The notes under the pieces were generated by a model. That model searched no databases. It saw nothing but the letters and a program-made list of their open reading frames with translations, and was not told the origin of the DNA. Position numbers and translations under genes: made by a program. A stretch of 63,984 nucleotides of DNA, counting the filler, from Pirum gemmata (Eukaryota): the NCBI GenBank assembly GCA_002812295.1. It is 19 parts of 19 records of this genome, joined end to end, with 100 filler letters (N's around TTAATTAATTAA, not from the genome) between each part and the next. Parts side by side here need not be neighbours in the genome. Positions count along the whole stretch, not along the records: positions 60,892 to 63,984 come from PDIN01003405.1; 18 more parts are not named here. The stretch is one strand, 5' to 3'. Of this stretch, positions 62,823-63,984 are shown piece by piece (within the stretch, counting starts at the first letter, position 1; each line of letters begins with the position of its first letter).

Positions 62823-63087
62823 TACCAGTAAAAAATCTGAAGATGGAATTGAATCTAGAAGGGTATTTTTGTCAACTACGACCTCTAGATTGGTATTTTT
62901 AGACTTTAAAACCATCGTTTGAATCAATATTTTTTTTGATCCTTTATTTTGCTCAAAAAAANNNNNNNNNNNNNNAAAAAAAGTGTATCCAGATGTCGAT
63001 TAAAGAGTTGGAAATACCAATCTAGATGTCTTAGTTGACAAAAATATCCTTCTAGATTCAATTCCATGTTCAGATTTTTTACTGGTA
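62823..63087. mobile_element. MITE with ~75-bp TIRs, TA-flanked (Tc1/mariner-like)
   Basis: TACCAGTAAAAAATCTGAA..TCTAGATTGGTATTT is mirrored at 63012-63087. Confidence 0.75.
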
Positions 63088-63349
63088 ATATAATAACATT
63101 ATGATAGTTAAATTAAAGTTGTAATTGTGATTTGTTGTACTTTTCGTAATAAGGCCCTAACCCTAACCCTAACCCTAACCCTAACCCTAACCCTTTTTTA
63201 TTCTTTCGTTGTAGAAATATTTATTTTTAAAAAGAAACCTTGTTCCTAAGATTAAAGCTGTATTGCAGCGTTGCAGTCGTTGTTGTGGATATTGTTGGAG
63301 GTTTATAATATGTAAAAAATAAAATAAAAATAAAAAAGTTTTTGTGGAT

Positions 63350-63893
63350 TTTGTGGTTTGGAAAACTTTGGAATGTTTGCCATTGTTTGGATTTTTGGAA
63401 CTTTGGATCCATTTGATATTTTATTAACGAATCGTATTCAATAAAAATGTCGTGGTTTGTTATTTTATTAACGAATCATGTTCATAGAAGAAAACACAGC
63501 TTTTTTTTTAAAAAACAGTTTCTAAAAGAAGAAGACCTGCTCCTGGTGATCTGATATCATTGGTTTTTTTTTAAAAAAAGTCTTGAACTGTTTGGTTATA
63601 CCTACTTCTATGGGTAGAATCACCTGGGTAGAATAGCATTTACTTTGAAAATTGATACTATGATGACCAATAAAAAGCTATATATATTTATTTATTTACT
63701 TTATTTATATATAACCAGATGTGAGATGACTCAGGACAGGAGGAGTGTTTAGCTGTATTTTCTTCTATGAACATGATTCGTTTTTTTTAAAAAAAATAAA
63801 ATAACAAACCACGACATTTTTATTGAATACGATTCGTTTTTTTTTAAAAAAAATAAAATATCAAATAGATCCAAAGTTCCAAACCACCAAAAC

Positions 63894-63895
<2 letters not shown>
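63350..63895. repeat. Inverted repeat, ~150-bp arms
   Basis: GGAACTTTGGATC..CGAATCATGTTCATAGAAGAAAA (63388-63500) is mirrored at about 63750-63895. Confidence 0.75.
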
Positions 63896-63934
<39 letters not shown>

Positions 63935-63984
63935 AAAACAAAACAAAACGAGAAAAACAAAACAAAACAAAACAAAACAAAACA

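Overview
This window is not one contiguous locus. It is a concatenation of 19 small (mostly about 3.1 kb) scaffolds of a very AT-rich eukaryotic genome, joined by 18 identical artificial 100-bp linkers (N44-TTAATTAATTAA-N44), so neighbourhoods across linkers mean nothing. The genome uses the standard code and GT-AG introns, and is rich in microsatellites, interstitial TTAGGG tracts and MITE/foldback elements. A unicellular opisthokont or similar protist is plausible but cannot be established from this window. Supported genes: the 5' exons of a TKL-type protein kinase; a bacterial-type DUF885-like first exon; a C2H2 zinc-finger factor; a PAN/LRR/TSP1 single-pass receptor; a divergent RPS15 (uS19); two LPMO-like genes; an ankyrin-repeat/COG0523 (CobW/YciC-type) GTPase fusion; two orphan proteins; a 5'-truncated LINE; and a decayed Dam-type methyltransferase among virus-like ORF remnants. 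No multi-gene novel system can be supported. The best single candidates for new biology are the ankyrin-COG0523 fusion, the intron-containing DUF885-like gene, the Dam-bearing remnant and the RPS15 with an altered C-terminal tail. All family assignments come from motif recognition by eye, not from database searches.
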